Virus record (IMG/VR): IMGVR_UViG_3300038393_001567
Coordinates: 1-50,046 of that record
DNA from: a virus
Lineage: Duplodnaviria; Caudoviricetes
Length of the DNA stretch: 50,046 nucleotides
Reading direction: 5' to 3' (one strand)
Shown: piece after piece, positions 1 through 9,213 of the stretch
How the letters are laid out: the number at the start of each line of letters is the position of its first letter
How positions within the stretch are numbered: the stretch's first letter is position 1
Translations under genes and position numbers: made by a program
The notes under the pieces: model-generated
What the model was told of the DNA's origin: nothing
The model's database searches: none
The model's input: only the letters and a program-made list of their open reading frames with translations

Positions 1-465
1 GTGACGGCCCGCGTGTTCGGGCCCGACGGGGAACTCAAGCAGGAGGTGGTGACGCACAACCTCATCACCGCCAACGGCGACCAGTACTGCGCCAAGAAGC
101 AGTACTCCACCCCGACGGCGATGAGCGGCATGAAGCTCGGCACCGCCTCCACCGCCGCGGCCAAGACGGGCGCCGGTTCCTTCCAAGCCGTCGCCGACTA
201 CGTCTCGGGCTCGGCCCACGCCTTGGACGCCACCTACCCCAAGCAGGGGGCCACGGCCGACATCGCACAGTACAAGTGCACGTGGGCGGCGGGCGAGGCC
301 ACCGCCACCGGCATCCAGCGCGTCTCCATCACCGACAACACCACCAACGCCGGCGAGGCCGACGGCACCCACACCCTCGCCATCGCCGTGCTCTCCCCCT
401 CCGTCAACAAGGGGGCCTCGGACACGCTGGTCGTGACGTGGGACCACACCTTCCTCGGCGCGTAA
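1..465 (+). CDS. Putative virion structural protein (may be 5'-truncated)
   Basis: 154-aa Thr/Ala/Gly-rich ORF at the window edge, upstream of the head-tail joining genes; GC3-rich codon usage matches neighbours. Confidence 0.55.
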   Translation: MTARVFGPDGELKQEVVTHNLITANGDQYCAKKQYSTPTAMSGMKLGTASTAAAKTGAGSFQAVADYVSGSAHALDATYPKQGATADIAQYKCTWAAGEATATGIQRVSITDNTTNAGEADGTHTLAIAVLSPSVNKGASDTLVVTWDHTFLGA

Positions 466-518
466 CGCCCCGGGGAGGGCGGGAATAGGGGTGACGCTCC
501 CAAACCGGAGGACCGGGT

Positions 519-1406
519 ATGTTCCGTGGCGTGGCTCAAAAGTTGTTGGTGGTGGTGCTCAACAAGCTCACCAACGAGCGGTTCCCGGGGATCGCCGGTA
601 CCCTGTCGGCCAAAGTGGACAAGGGGGCCACGGGCACCTTCCAAGCCTTGGCCGACAACACGGCTTCCGAGCCCGACGCGGCGGCGGCCCCCGGGGACTA
701 CTACTTCGACGTCTCCGCGGCGGAGACCGACGCGGACACCCTCGTCTTCTCCGCCGTCTCCACCAACCCCAACGCCTTGGTGGCCTGCCTGCCCACGCGG
801 GTGAACCCCCGCAACGTCAGCGACGGGTACGCCGGGCCCGTTAAGCTCACCGTCACCATCCTCGCCTTGGGCTTCGGCCCCCTGCCCGGGGCCCGTGTGG
901 CCTACACGTTGGGCGTCAACTCCTTCGTACGCACCACCGACGTGAACGGGCAGTGCGTCTTCGACCTCGACCCCGGCACGTACGCCATCTCCGTCACGAA
1001 GAGCGGGTACGACTACGTCGACGCCGCCGGGCAGGACGTGGCCGCCTCCGGCCCCGTCACCCTCCTCATGCGGGCCAACGTCGTCACCCCCGTGGAGGAC
1101 CCCGCACTGGTGACGGGCACGCTCGTCACCTACGACTCGGCCAACGCCCCCGCCTCCGGCGTCGTGCTCCAATTCATGCTGCTCGACGGGCCCGGTACCC
1201 CGGGGCACAGCTACCCCCGGGACCCGGTAAACGTCACCAGTGATGCCGGGGGCGTACTCACCGTCGGGCTCCTCCCCGGGGCCTCGTACCAAGTGCGCCG
1301 CCTCACCGCGGCCGGGCGGCCCGGGGCTTGGGAGAACGTGGCGGTGCCCGACACCCCGGGGGAGGCGTTCAGCCTCCCCGAGAACCTCGGCCGTCTCAAC
1401 GGCTAA
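519..1406 (+). CDS. Putative virion protein with Ig-like/carboxypeptidase-regulatory-like beta-sandwich repeats
   Basis: GGAGG RBS upstream; motifs TTDVNGQCVFDLDPGTYAISVTKSGY and VTSDAGGVLTVGLLPGASYQV. Confidence 0.55.
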   Translation: MFRGVAQKLLVVVLNKLTNERFPGIAGTLSAKVDKGATGTFQALADNTASEPDAAAAPGDYYFDVSAAETDADTLVFSAVSTNPNALVACLPTRVNPRNVSDGYAGPVKLTVTILALGFGPLPGARVAYTLGVNSFVRTTDVNGQCVFDLDPGTYAISVTKSGYDYVDAAGQDVAASGPVTLLMRANVVTPVEDPALVTGTLVTYDSANAPASGVVLQFMLLDGPGTPGHSYPRDPVNVTSDAGGVLTVGLLPGASYQVRRLTAAGRPGAWENVAVPDTPGEAFSLPENLGRLNG

Positions 1407-1477
1407 TGGCGGTTAATTCCAACCGCCCGTAAACCGAAGACTTCAACCCCTTACCGCTCTTTCGAAAGGAGCACGCA

Positions 1478-1768
1478 ATGGCCCCGCATCAGTACCAACT
1501 CCCCACCCGGCACGTCCTCATCGTCGGCGAGGAGGACAACGGCCGCGTCACCATCAACGCCTCCGACTTCGACCCGGAGAAGCACACCCCGTGCGACGTC
1601 GACGGCAACCCGCTGGAGGAGGACGGCGACGAGAACGCCGACACCAACGGGGACGGCACCGTCGACGAGGCCGAGGCCAAGGCCGCCGCGGAGAAGAAGG
1701 CCGCCAAGGAGAAGGCCAAGGCCGAGCGCAAGGCCAAGAAGAAGGAGCAGATCCCGCTCCGCCAGTAA
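1478..1768 (+). CDS. Small protein with EF-hand-like loop and Lys/Ala-rich tail
   Basis: AAGGAG RBS; DTNGDGTVDEAE followed by a basic helix. Confidence 0.55.
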   Translation: MAPHQYQLPTRHVLIVGEEDNGRVTINASDFDPEKHTPCDVDGNPLEEDGDENADTNGDGTVDEAEAKAAAEKKAAKEKAKAERKAKKKEQIPLRQ

Positions 1769-1834
1769 CGCGGCCACCCGGGAAGGTGGAGACGACAGGC
1801 ACTCGAAGCCCCTCAAGAGAAGGAAACCCGACCC

Positions 1835-2362
1835 ATGGCCCTCGACGCGACACCGGCAGGCAGCTCGTCCAATTCTTACGGCACCGCCGTGGAAGCGGAC
1901 GACTACTTTGCGAACCGACGGCTCAACGGCGAGGGGTGGGCGGCCTTGACGACGGCCACGAAGGAACGTGCGCTCATCATGGCGTGTAACCTTCTGGAGA
2001 GGGGCTTCGAGTGGCAGGGGGCCCTCCGCCTCTGGAGTCAGAAACTCTCTTGGCCCCGGAGCGGGGTGGAGGTGAGCGACGGCCGTTACGAGCCGTACGA
2101 CACCGTGCCCGACGGGGTGAAGGAGGCGCAGTTCGAGTTGGCCTTCGCCCTCACCAAGAAGGACCGCTTGGCCGCTCAGGAGCCCGACTTGGTGGGGCTG
2201 GGGTTCAAGCACGTCAAGGCCGGCGAGGTGGAAATCGACGTGGACGACGTCACCATCCCCATCATCCCCGACGTCGTCATCGCCCTGCTCGAACGGTACG
2301 GCACGCCGAAGGAGACGATGCTCGGCTCCAAGGGAATGAAGCAGATTAAACTGGTGAGGTAG
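1835..2362 (+). CDS. Head-tail adaptor (DnaT-like phage family)
   Basis: NSYGTAVEADDYFANR..W, KERALIMA, QKLSWPR, VPDGVKEAQFELA; position before the neck genes. Confidence 0.75.
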   Translation: MALDATPAGSSSNSYGTAVEADDYFANRRLNGEGWAALTTATKERALIMACNLLERGFEWQGALRLWSQKLSWPRSGVEVSDGRYEPYDTVPDGVKEAQFELAFALTKKDRLAAQEPDLVGLGFKHVKAGEVEIDVDDVTIPIIPDVVIALLERYGTPKETMLGSKGMKQIKLVR

Positions 2363-2368
2363 CACGCC

Positions 2369-2740
2369 ATGGGATTGCTCGACGGCCCGCTCAAGGCGGT
2401 GATGAAGGCGGTGACGGGCGTACTCGGCACCACGGCCACCCTCACGCGCACCACCCGCCAGTACGACCCCCTCCACTCGGAGAGTTTCGACGCCAAGACA
2501 ACGCACACCCTGCGCCTCCTCCGGGGCGCGGAGGAGTTCGGCCTGATTAACGCCGACTCCACCAACAAGCGGGAGGCGGATGTCCTCGTCGACGCCGTCA
2601 GCGTGGAGGGCGTGGCCGTCGAGCCCAGCAACGTCACCGACACCCTCACCGTCGGCAACGTCCTCTGGCGCATCGTCAAGGTGAAGCCCGTGTACGGGAG
2701 TGCGGAGGCCGTCGCCTACACGGTGACGCTGAACCGATGA
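2369..2740 (+). CDS. Head-closure / head-tail joining protein
   Basis: 123 aa, beta-rich, between the adaptor and the gp10-like gene. Confidence 0.6.
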   Translation: MGLLDGPLKAVMKAVTGVLGTTATLTRTTRQYDPLHSESFDAKTTHTLRLLRGAEEFGLINADSTNKREADVLVDAVSVEGVAVEPSNVTDTLTVGNVLWRIVKVKPVYGSAEAVAYTVTLNR

Positions 2741-3195
2741 GTTTCGCCGCCGACATCTCCAAGTTCGTCGAGAAGACCAAGCTCAAGGCCGACGTCGTGG
2801 TGCGCAAGATCGCCATGGACGGCCTCGCCGGCGTGGTGCGCATGTCGCCCGTCGACACCGGGCGGTTCCGGGGCTCGTGGCGGGTGGGCGTCAACCGGGT
2901 GGATCTGGAGACGGAGCCCAAGGGAAACCAGCACAAGGACAAGAACGGGCACACGCTGGAAGACCCCTTCAAGCAGAAGGCCGCAAACACCAACGTGGCC
3001 ACGGCCAAGGCCCTCTCCGAGGGCAGCAAGCAGATCGCTCAGGCCAAGTTCGGGGACGTCATCGCCATCACCAACAATCTCGCCTACGGCCCGCCCCTCG
3101 AACGCGGCCACTCCAAGCAGGCCCCCCAAGGCATGCTCCGCGTCACCTTCATGCGCCTCCAAACCCAGCTCAAACGAATGGTCGGGAGCCTCTAA
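2737..3195 (+). CDS. HK97 gp10-like neck/tail-completion protein
   Basis: SPVDTGRFRGSW and NNLAYGPPLERGHSKQAPQGM motifs; ATGA overlap with the upstream gene. Confidence 0.85.
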   Translation: MSFAADISKFVEKTKLKADVVVRKIAMDGLAGVVRMSPVDTGRFRGSWRVGVNRVDLETEPKGNQHKDKNGHTLEDPFKQKAANTNVATAKALSEGSKQIAQAKFGDVIAITNNLAYGPPLERGHSKQAPQGMLRVTFMRLQTQLKRMVGSL

Positions 3196-3196
3196 C

Positions 3197-3700
3197 ATGC
3201 CGATTCAAGTGCGACTCATCAAGGAGGCCTTCCGCAAACGACTCATGGCCTTCCCCGCCGAGCGGGCCGGGGAGGAGATCGTCGACGCGGGCACCTCCGT
3301 CTGGGAGACGATTCTGGCCGCGGAGCGGGAGCGGATTTCTTGGGAGGGGGAGAGCTTCAACCCGCCCGCTTCCGGCCTGTGGGTGAAGGAGGCTTTCCTG
3401 CTGGCCGACGAGGGCCTCTACGCCACCGACTTAATGGAGGCAAGCGGGATTTACCAACTTGATATTTATTCCCCGCAGGGTGAGGGTACGAGGGCACAGG
3501 AGGACTTGGCGGATGCGTTGAAGTGGTACTTCAAGCCCGCCTCCTCCTTCGTCGACGGCGAAACGGGCGTCGCCGTCGCAATCGACAAATCCCAACGCTC
3601 TAAGGTGAGCGTGGATCGGAGCACGGTGAGTGTCGGGCAAAACTTCCCGTGGCTGAATGTCAGTGTGGAAATTAACTGGCGTAGCTACGCCCCAGAATAG
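3197..3700 (+). CDS. Tail terminator protein
   Basis: GIYQLDIYSPQGEG and ADAL..YF motifs; directly upstream of the tail tube gene. Confidence 0.7.
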   Translation: MPIQVRLIKEAFRKRLMAFPAERAGEEIVDAGTSVWETILAAERERISWEGESFNPPASGLWVKEAFLLADEGLYATDLMEASGIYQLDIYSPQGEGTRAQEDLADALKWYFKPASSFVDGETGVAVAIDKSQRSKVSVDRSTVSVGQNFPWLNVSVEINWRSYAPE

Positions 3701-3709
3701 GAGCTTGTC

Positions 3710-4861
3710 ATGCCGACGCTCGCATCGGGAATTCGTTGTGACTGGAGTTACGTTCCGGAGGTGACGCACGGCACCACGCCGGGCTCCCCCGCAATGAAGA
3801 AGTTGCGCACCATCGGTCGCAACATCAACCTCACCAAGAACATCCTCACCTCCAGCGAGGTGCGCCAAGACCGGGCCAAGAAGGACGTTCGCCACGGCTT
3901 CAACTCCATCGCCGGGGGCCCCTCCTTCGAGTTGTCGGCGGGGGCTTACGACGACTGGCTCGCCGCCCTACTCGGCTCCTCCTTCGCCGCCGTCAACATC
4001 ACCGGCGCCCCCAACCTCTCGGCCACCAACCCGTCCACCTTCACCCGGGCCGCGGGCTCCTTCGTCACCGACGGCATCCGCGTCGGGGACCGCATCGTCA
4101 CCTCCGGCTTCACCAACGCCGCCAACAACGGCAAGTTCACCGTCGTCGCCGCCACCGCCACCACCCTCACCGTGGCCGAGACCACCCTCGCCACCGAGGC
4201 GGCGTCGGCCGGGCGGACCCTCCAGCTCGCCGGGATGCGGTGCGACAACGGCACCACCCTCACCACCTTCACCGTGGAGCGGCGGTTCCTCGACGTCGCA
4301 CAGTACCAAGTCTTCCGCGGCGTCAACCCCAACACGCTCAACCTCACCATCTCCCCGGAGTCCATCGTCGGCGGGCAGTTCGGCATCGTCGGCATGAGCG
4401 GGGGCGCGATGTCGGGCACGTCGCTCGGCACCCCGTCGGCCGCCCCCACCAACGCCCCCTTGGCCGCGTTCGAGGGCTCCCTGTACGAGGGCGGGGTGTT
4501 GCTCGGCCTCGTCACCGGGGCAGAGATCAACGTGGACAACGGCCGGGGCCTCCAGCCCGTAGTCGGCTCGAAGTTCTCCCCCGACGTGTTCGACGGGGAG
4601 ATCATGGTGACGGGGCGCCTCACGGTGCTCTTCCAAGACGCCACCATGCACAACAAGTTCGTCAACGAGACGGGCTCGAGCCTCTCCATCCGGCTCGACG
4701 ACATCAACGGCACGGACTTCGTCAACATCTCCATGCCGAGCATCAAGTACACGGGCTCCAACATCGACCCGCCCTCCAAGGGGCCGGTGCCGTTGGAGAT
4801 GCCCTTCCAAGCACTGGTCGACAACACCAGTGGCGTCTGCCTCTCCATCCAGAAGAGCTAA
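3710..4861 (+). CDS. Major tail tube protein
   Basis: YVPEVTHGTTP, SSEVRQDR, TFTVERRF and C-terminal PLEMPFQAL motifs; AGGAG RBS; synteny. Confidence 0.85.
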   Translation: MPTLASGIRCDWSYVPEVTHGTTPGSPAMKKLRTIGRNINLTKNILTSSEVRQDRAKKDVRHGFNSIAGGPSFELSAGAYDDWLAALLGSSFAAVNITGAPNLSATNPSTFTRAAGSFVTDGIRVGDRIVTSGFTNAANNGKFTVVAATATTLTVAETTLATEAASAGRTLQLAGMRCDNGTTLTTFTVERRFLDVAQYQVFRGVNPNTLNLTISPESIVGGQFGIVGMSGGAMSGTSLGTPSAAPTNAPLAAFEGSLYEGGVLLGLVTGAEINVDNGRGLQPVVGSKFSPDVFDGEIMVTGRLTVLFQDATMHNKFVNETGSSLSIRLDDINGTDFVNISMPSIKYTGSNIDPPSKGPVPLEMPFQALVDNTSGVCLSIQKS

Positions 4862-4878
4862 CGCGCAAGACTTTGGTG

Positions 4879-4918
4879 CGGACGGGGGCTAGGCGTGTGC
4901 CGGCCCCCATCCGTTTTT
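4879..4918 (+). terminator. Intrinsic terminator after the tail tube gene
   Basis: CGGACGGGGGC...GCCCCCATCCG hairpin followed by TTTTT. Confidence 0.65.
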
Positions 4919-4951
4919 CCCCCTCTCTAGCATCACGTAGGAGCACGCATC

Positions 4952-5389
4952 ATGTTTGACCTGTCATCCCTCCCCACGCACAAGATCGAGGAAGGCGTCG
5001 CCTTCGACCTCCTCCACCCCGGCACCAACAAGCCCGTCGGCGTTACCATCACCCTCCTCGGCGCCGACTCGTCGGAAGTGCAGGAACTCCAACACAAGCT
5101 CGCCAACAAGCGCATCAACGACGTGGCCAAGGCGGGCGGGAAGCTCAAGGGCCTCGTCACCTCCGAGGAACTCGAAGCGGAGAAGGTGGAGATCCTCGTC
5201 AAGGCCACCAAGGGGTGGGACGGGCTAACCGACAACGGGGCAACGTACCCCTTCAACCCGGAAAACGCCCGCAGGCTGTACACGCAGCACAAGTGGATTC
5301 GGGAGCAGGTCGAGGCCTTCATCTCGGACCGGAGTAACTACTTGGGAAACTCCGGGAGCGACTCTGTGCCTACGCCCGCCAAGAGTTAG
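4952..5389 (+). CDS. Tail assembly chaperone (lambda G-like)
   Basis: Between tube and tape measure; ITLLGADS, GWDGL, FNPENARRLY..WIREQV. Confidence 0.85.
   Translation: MFDLSSLPTHKIEEGVAFDLLHPGTNKPVGVTITLLGADSSEVQELQHKLANKRINDVAKAGGKLKGLVTSEELEAEKVEILVKATKGWDGLTDNGATYPFNPENARRLYTQHKWIREQVEAFISDRSNYLGNSGSDSVPTPAKS
5344..5350 (+). other. Programmed -1 ribosomal frameshift heptamer G GGA AAC
   Basis: XXXYYYZ heptamer in the correct phase (TTG GGA AAC); the -1 frame is open and continuous with ORF 5404..5754. Confidence 0.85.
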
Positions 5390-5754
5390 AGCTCAAACAG
5401 GAAGTGGCCCCGGGGATGGGCAACGTCGACGCCCACCTCCGACAGGCCGCGAAGCAGATGGGCGTGCCGGTAGAGGAGGTGGCCCCGAGGTCCCACGATT
5501 GCCCCAGCGAAGCCCTACACCTTTGGCTTTACTTCACCGAGTTGCACAACGCTAGGGCGTCGGGGGGCTTCGGGCCGTCTCCCATCACCTTCGAATCGAT
5601 CCGGGCATGGTGTGACCTTACTGGCATTTATCTTCTCCCATGGGAGGTTAAGGCCGTCAAGGAGATCGACAGGGTTTTTCTGGAGGTAACCAATGCCCGA
5701 CTTAGCGCAGCTCAACCTCGTCATCAACAGCGCGCAGGTACAGAAGGCGAATAA
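5344..5754 (+). CDS. Tail assembly chaperone frameshift extension (lambda T-like)
   Basis: -1 frame from the slippery site; WLYFTELHNAR..GFGPSPITFESIRAW..EVKAVKEIDRVFL. Confidence 0.8.
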   Translation, partial: GKLRERLCAYARQELELKQEVAPGMGNVDAHLRQAAKQMGVPVEEVAPRSHDCPSEALHLWLYFTELHNARASGGFGPSPITFESIRAWCDLTGIYLLPWEVKAVKEIDRVFLEVTNARLSAAQPRHQQRAGTEGE

Positions 5755-8230
5755 CGACCTCAAGGTCCTCGTCGAAATCTCGGGCAAGGTGGAGGGCTCC
5801 ATGAAGAACATGGGCAACTCCGCCAACGCCAACACCTCCATCGTCGGGAAACTCGGGGACTCGTACCGCAAACTCTACGGCATCCTCGCCACGGTGGCCG
5901 CGGGTGCGGGGGCCGTCGGCACCGCGTTGAAGGCCGTCCAACTCGCCGGGCAGCAGGAGATGCGGGTGGTGGGCTTCACCACCCTCCTCAAGGACGGGGA
6001 CAAGGCCAAGCAGATGCTCGGAGACCTCCGGAAGTTCGCCAACGAGACCCCCTTCGAGTTCACCGACTTGGCCGACTCCGCCAAGAAGATGCTCGCCTTG
6101 GGCTTCGCCGCCAAGGATTTGATCCCCACCCTCCGCACCGTCGGCGACGCCACCTCCGCCCTCGGCGGGGGCAAGGAAACCCTCGACCGCATCGTCTTGG
6201 CCCTCGGGCAGATCCAGCAGAAGGGCAAGCTCTCCCAAGAGGAGCTCAACCAGCTAGCGGAGTCGGGCGTCGACGCCAAGAAGTACTTGGCCGACGCCTT
6301 CAACGTCACCAAGGAGGCCCTCCAACCCCTCATCGACAACGGCACCATCAACGCCAAGGCCGCCGTGCGTGCCATCATGGCTGGCATGAACAAGGAGTTC
6401 GCCGGGGGCATGGAGCAGCAGAGTAAAACCCTGCTCGGGCTAGTCTCCAACTTCAAGGACGAGCTCACCACGGTGCTCACCGACGTCGGGCAAACCTTAA
6501 TCGAGGCTTTCGACTTGAAGCAGGTGGTGGCCAACGCCACCCGGCACCTCCACGACTTCGGGGCCGTCTTCTCCGACGTCGTCCGCGTCGTCGCGGGGAT
6601 GCCCCCGAGGAACAAGGAGATTGCCGCCACCATGAGGCAGGTGGGCGACGCCGCCAAGATCGCCGCCGGCTTCTTGGAACTGCTGGTGGGCGTCAAGGTG
6701 CTCCAATCGTTCGATAACCTGCTGGTCAAACTGGCCCTGATGCGCAAATCGTTCATCTCCCTCACCCTCACCAACGCCCCGCTCCTCGCCGGCGTGCTCG
6801 CCATCGGCGTGGCCCTCTCCACGTGGACGATCAGCACCACCCTTATCGACCGCCTGCAAACCCTCCAGCGGTTCGTCGACAAAATCAGCAACTTCTTCGA
6901 GTCGGCCACCGACCCCGCCAACGCCCCGCGGGCCACCCCGCTCACCGACAAGGAGAAAGCCGACTTCGCCGCCCGGGAAAAGTTGCGCCAGTCCATCCAG
7001 CGGGTGAACGCGGCCAACATCGCCGCGGGGATCGACCCGCAGTTCAACCCCGACGCCACGTTCACCGACAACTTCACCAAGGCCCTGCACGGACTGGGTT
7101 CGGCCACCTTCTCGGGGCTCAAGGGCTTCATGCCCGACATCGCCGGGGCCGTCAAGGAAGCTAACCAGCAGTTGGAGGCCTTGACGAGCACACAGGACAA
7201 GGGCGTCAAGTCCACCGACAAGTTGCGGGACTCGGCCGACGTCTTCATCGCCGACTTGGAGCGCCAGCAGAAACTGCTGGCCGGCCCCAACTTCCTCAAG
7301 AGCTATAACGACGACCTGCTCAACCTCAAGAAGACGCTGGACTCGGAGTACGGGCAACGCGACGAGTCGGTCGGCAACTTCCTCCGCCAGTTCGGCCTAG
7401 ACGGGCCGGCCAACATGGTGCAGCAGGCCCTCAACGCGGGCAGTCAACAACGCATCGACTCCCGCCTCGACGCGGCCAAGACGGCCCTCGGGGACTTGGA
7501 GACGGCCAAGAAGGTGAAGGAAATTAGTGAGGACATGGCGACGTCCCAGCGCGAGCAGAACATCCTCGCCACGACGTACGGGCAGGCCCGCGAGGAGGCC
7601 CTCATGCTGGAGAAGCAGATCGGCAAGGCCCAAGCCGACGGCCTCCACTTCTCCGACGAGTACGTCAACAAGCTCAAGGAGCAGAACCACCAACTTGCCG
7701 AGCAGGAGAAGATCAACGCCCGACTCGACAAGGCCGCGGAGCAGATCGGGGACGCCTTCGGCAACGCCTTCGAAGACCTCATCCTCGGGGCCAAGAGTTT
7801 CGGCGAGGTGATGACGGGCGTGATGAAGGAGGTGGAGAAGGCCGTCTTGGAGGCCTTCGTCGTCGCCCCGCTCAAGGAGGGCATCTCCAACATGGCCCGC
7901 GGGGCCTTGAGCGGCGGGGGCAACGGCGGGCTGTGGGGCGGTGTGGCCAAGGGCGTCACCTCCCTCTTCGGGTTCGCCGACGGGGGCATCGTCAACACCC
8001 CCACCTTCTTCCCGCTGGGCGGGGGGAACGCCGGCGTGGCCGGGGAACGGGGCACGGAGATCATCGCCCCCGCGGTGAGGGGCCCCGACGGCACGCTGGG
8101 GGTGAAGGTGCACGGGGAGAACCGGCCGAAGAACGTCACCGTGAACATGACGGTGATGACCCCCAACGCCGACAGCTTCCGCCGCAGTGACCGGCAGATC
8201 GCCTACGACATGAAGAGGAGGATGGGTTAA
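5693..8230 (+). CDS. Tape measure protein
   Basis: 845 aa, helical and Ala-rich; FANETPFEF, ALGQIQQKGKLSQEELNQLAE and C-terminal FADGGIV..AGERGTE. Confidence 0.92.
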   Translation: MPDLAQLNLVINSAQVQKANNDLKVLVEISGKVEGSMKNMGNSANANTSIVGKLGDSYRKLYGILATVAAGAGAVGTALKAVQLAGQQEMRVVGFTTLLKDGDKAKQMLGDLRKFANETPFEFTDLADSAKKMLALGFAAKDLIPTLRTVGDATSALGGGKETLDRIVLALGQIQQKGKLSQEELNQLAESGVDAKKYLADAFNVTKEALQPLIDNGTINAKAAVRAIMAGMNKEFAGGMEQQSKTLLGLVSNFKDELTTVLTDVGQTLIEAFDLKQVVANATRHLHDFGAVFSDVVRVVAGMPPRNKEIAATMRQVGDAAKIAAGFLELLVGVKVLQSFDNLLVKLALMRKSFISLTLTNAPLLAGVLAIGVALSTWTISTTLIDRLQTLQRFVDKISNFFESATDPANAPRATPLTDKEKADFAAREKLRQSIQRVNAANIAAGIDPQFNPDATFTDNFTKALHGLGSATFSGLKGFMPDIAGAVKEANQQLEALTSTQDKGVKSTDKLRDSADVFIADLERQQKLLAGPNFLKSYNDDLLNLKKTLDSEYGQRDESVGNFLRQFGLDGPANMVQQALNAGSQQRIDSRLDAAKTALGDLETAKKVKEISEDMATSQREQNILATTYGQAREEALMLEKQIGKAQADGLHFSDEYVNKLKEQNHQLAEQEKINARLDKAAEQIGDAFGNAFEDLILGAKSFGEVMTGVMKEVEKAVLEAFVVAPLKEGISNMARGALSGGGNGGLWGGVAKGVTSLFGFADGGIVNTPTFFPLGGGNAGVAGERGTEIIAPAVRGPDGTLGVKVHGENRPKNVTVNMTVMTPNADSFRRSDRQIAYDMKRRMG

Positions 8231-8232
8231 AC

Positions 8233-9213
8233 ATGGCTTTCCATGAGGTACAGTTCCCGCCCACCATCGCCTACGGCTCCAGCGGCGGCCCGGGGTTCAA
8301 CACCAACGTCATCACCGTGGACTCCGGGCAGGAGGAGCGCATCGCCCGCCGCGGACAGGCCCGGTGTAAATTCGACGCCGCCTCCGGCCTGAAGAAGCAG
8401 GAAGACGTCCACACCCTCATCACCTTCTTCCGGGCCCGGATGGGCTCGGCCTACGGCTTCCGGTTCAAGGACTGGAGTGACTACGCCACCACCGTCTCCG
8501 GCGTGACGTACGGGAGCCCCGACGGCATCCTCTACGACCAAGTGAGCAACACGGACTGTGTGCTCGGACTGGGCGACGGCTCCACCACCGCCTTCCAACT
8601 CGTCAAGGTGTACACCTCCGGCCCCGTGTCGCGCAACCGCACCATCACCAAGCCGGTGGCCGGCACCGTCAAGGTGGCCGTCGACGGCGTCGACCAGACC
8701 GGCTCGTTTACCGTCAACACCGCCACCGGCGTCGTCACCCTCGCCGCCGCCCCCGCCGTGGGGGCCGTCGTCTCCGCGGGGTTCGAATTCGACGTGCCGG
8801 TCCGCTTCGGGGAGGAGGTCGACAAGGGCCTCCCCGTCTCCCTCGACAACTACCGCTCCGGGAGCGTGTCCGTCCCCCTCATCGAACTCTTGGACGAGGG
8901 GGAGAGCAGTGACGAGTGGTTCCCGGGCGGGGCCGTCGAAACCGACCTCACCGCCGACTTCGCCGTCACCGGCGTCAACCGGGTCTGGGTCTTCAAGTCC
9001 ACCACGGCCGGGCGGGCCGTCTCCCTCCCCGCCATCACCTCCATGGTGGCGGGCGGCCCGCACTTCGTCGTCATCAACGACTCCACCTCGACACAAGCAA
9101 TCACGCTGAAAGACGCCAGTGGCACCACGCTGACGACGGTCAACGTGGGCGCCGGGGTGGAGGTCTTCGTCAGCCGCGACTCCGTGGGCACGAGGGTGTG
9201 GTATGTTAAGTAA
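8233..9213 (+). CDS. Distal tail protein (DUF2460/GTA-like) with C-terminal extension
   Basis: MAFHEVQFP..YGSSGGPGF, FFRARMG..YGFRFKDW, AGFEFDVPVRF. Confidence 0.85.
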   Translation: MAFHEVQFPPTIAYGSSGGPGFNTNVITVDSGQEERIARRGQARCKFDAASGLKKQEDVHTLITFFRARMGSAYGFRFKDWSDYATTVSGVTYGSPDGILYDQVSNTDCVLGLGDGSTTAFQLVKVYTSGPVSRNRTITKPVAGTVKVAVDGVDQTGSFTVNTATGVVTLAAAPAVGAVVSAGFEFDVPVRFGEEVDKGLPVSLDNYRSGSVSVPLIELLDEGESSDEWFPGGAVETDLTADFAVTGVNRVWVFKSTTAGRAVSLPAITSMVAGGPHFVVINDSTSTQAITLKDASGTTLTTVNVGAGVEVFVSRDSVGTRVWYVK

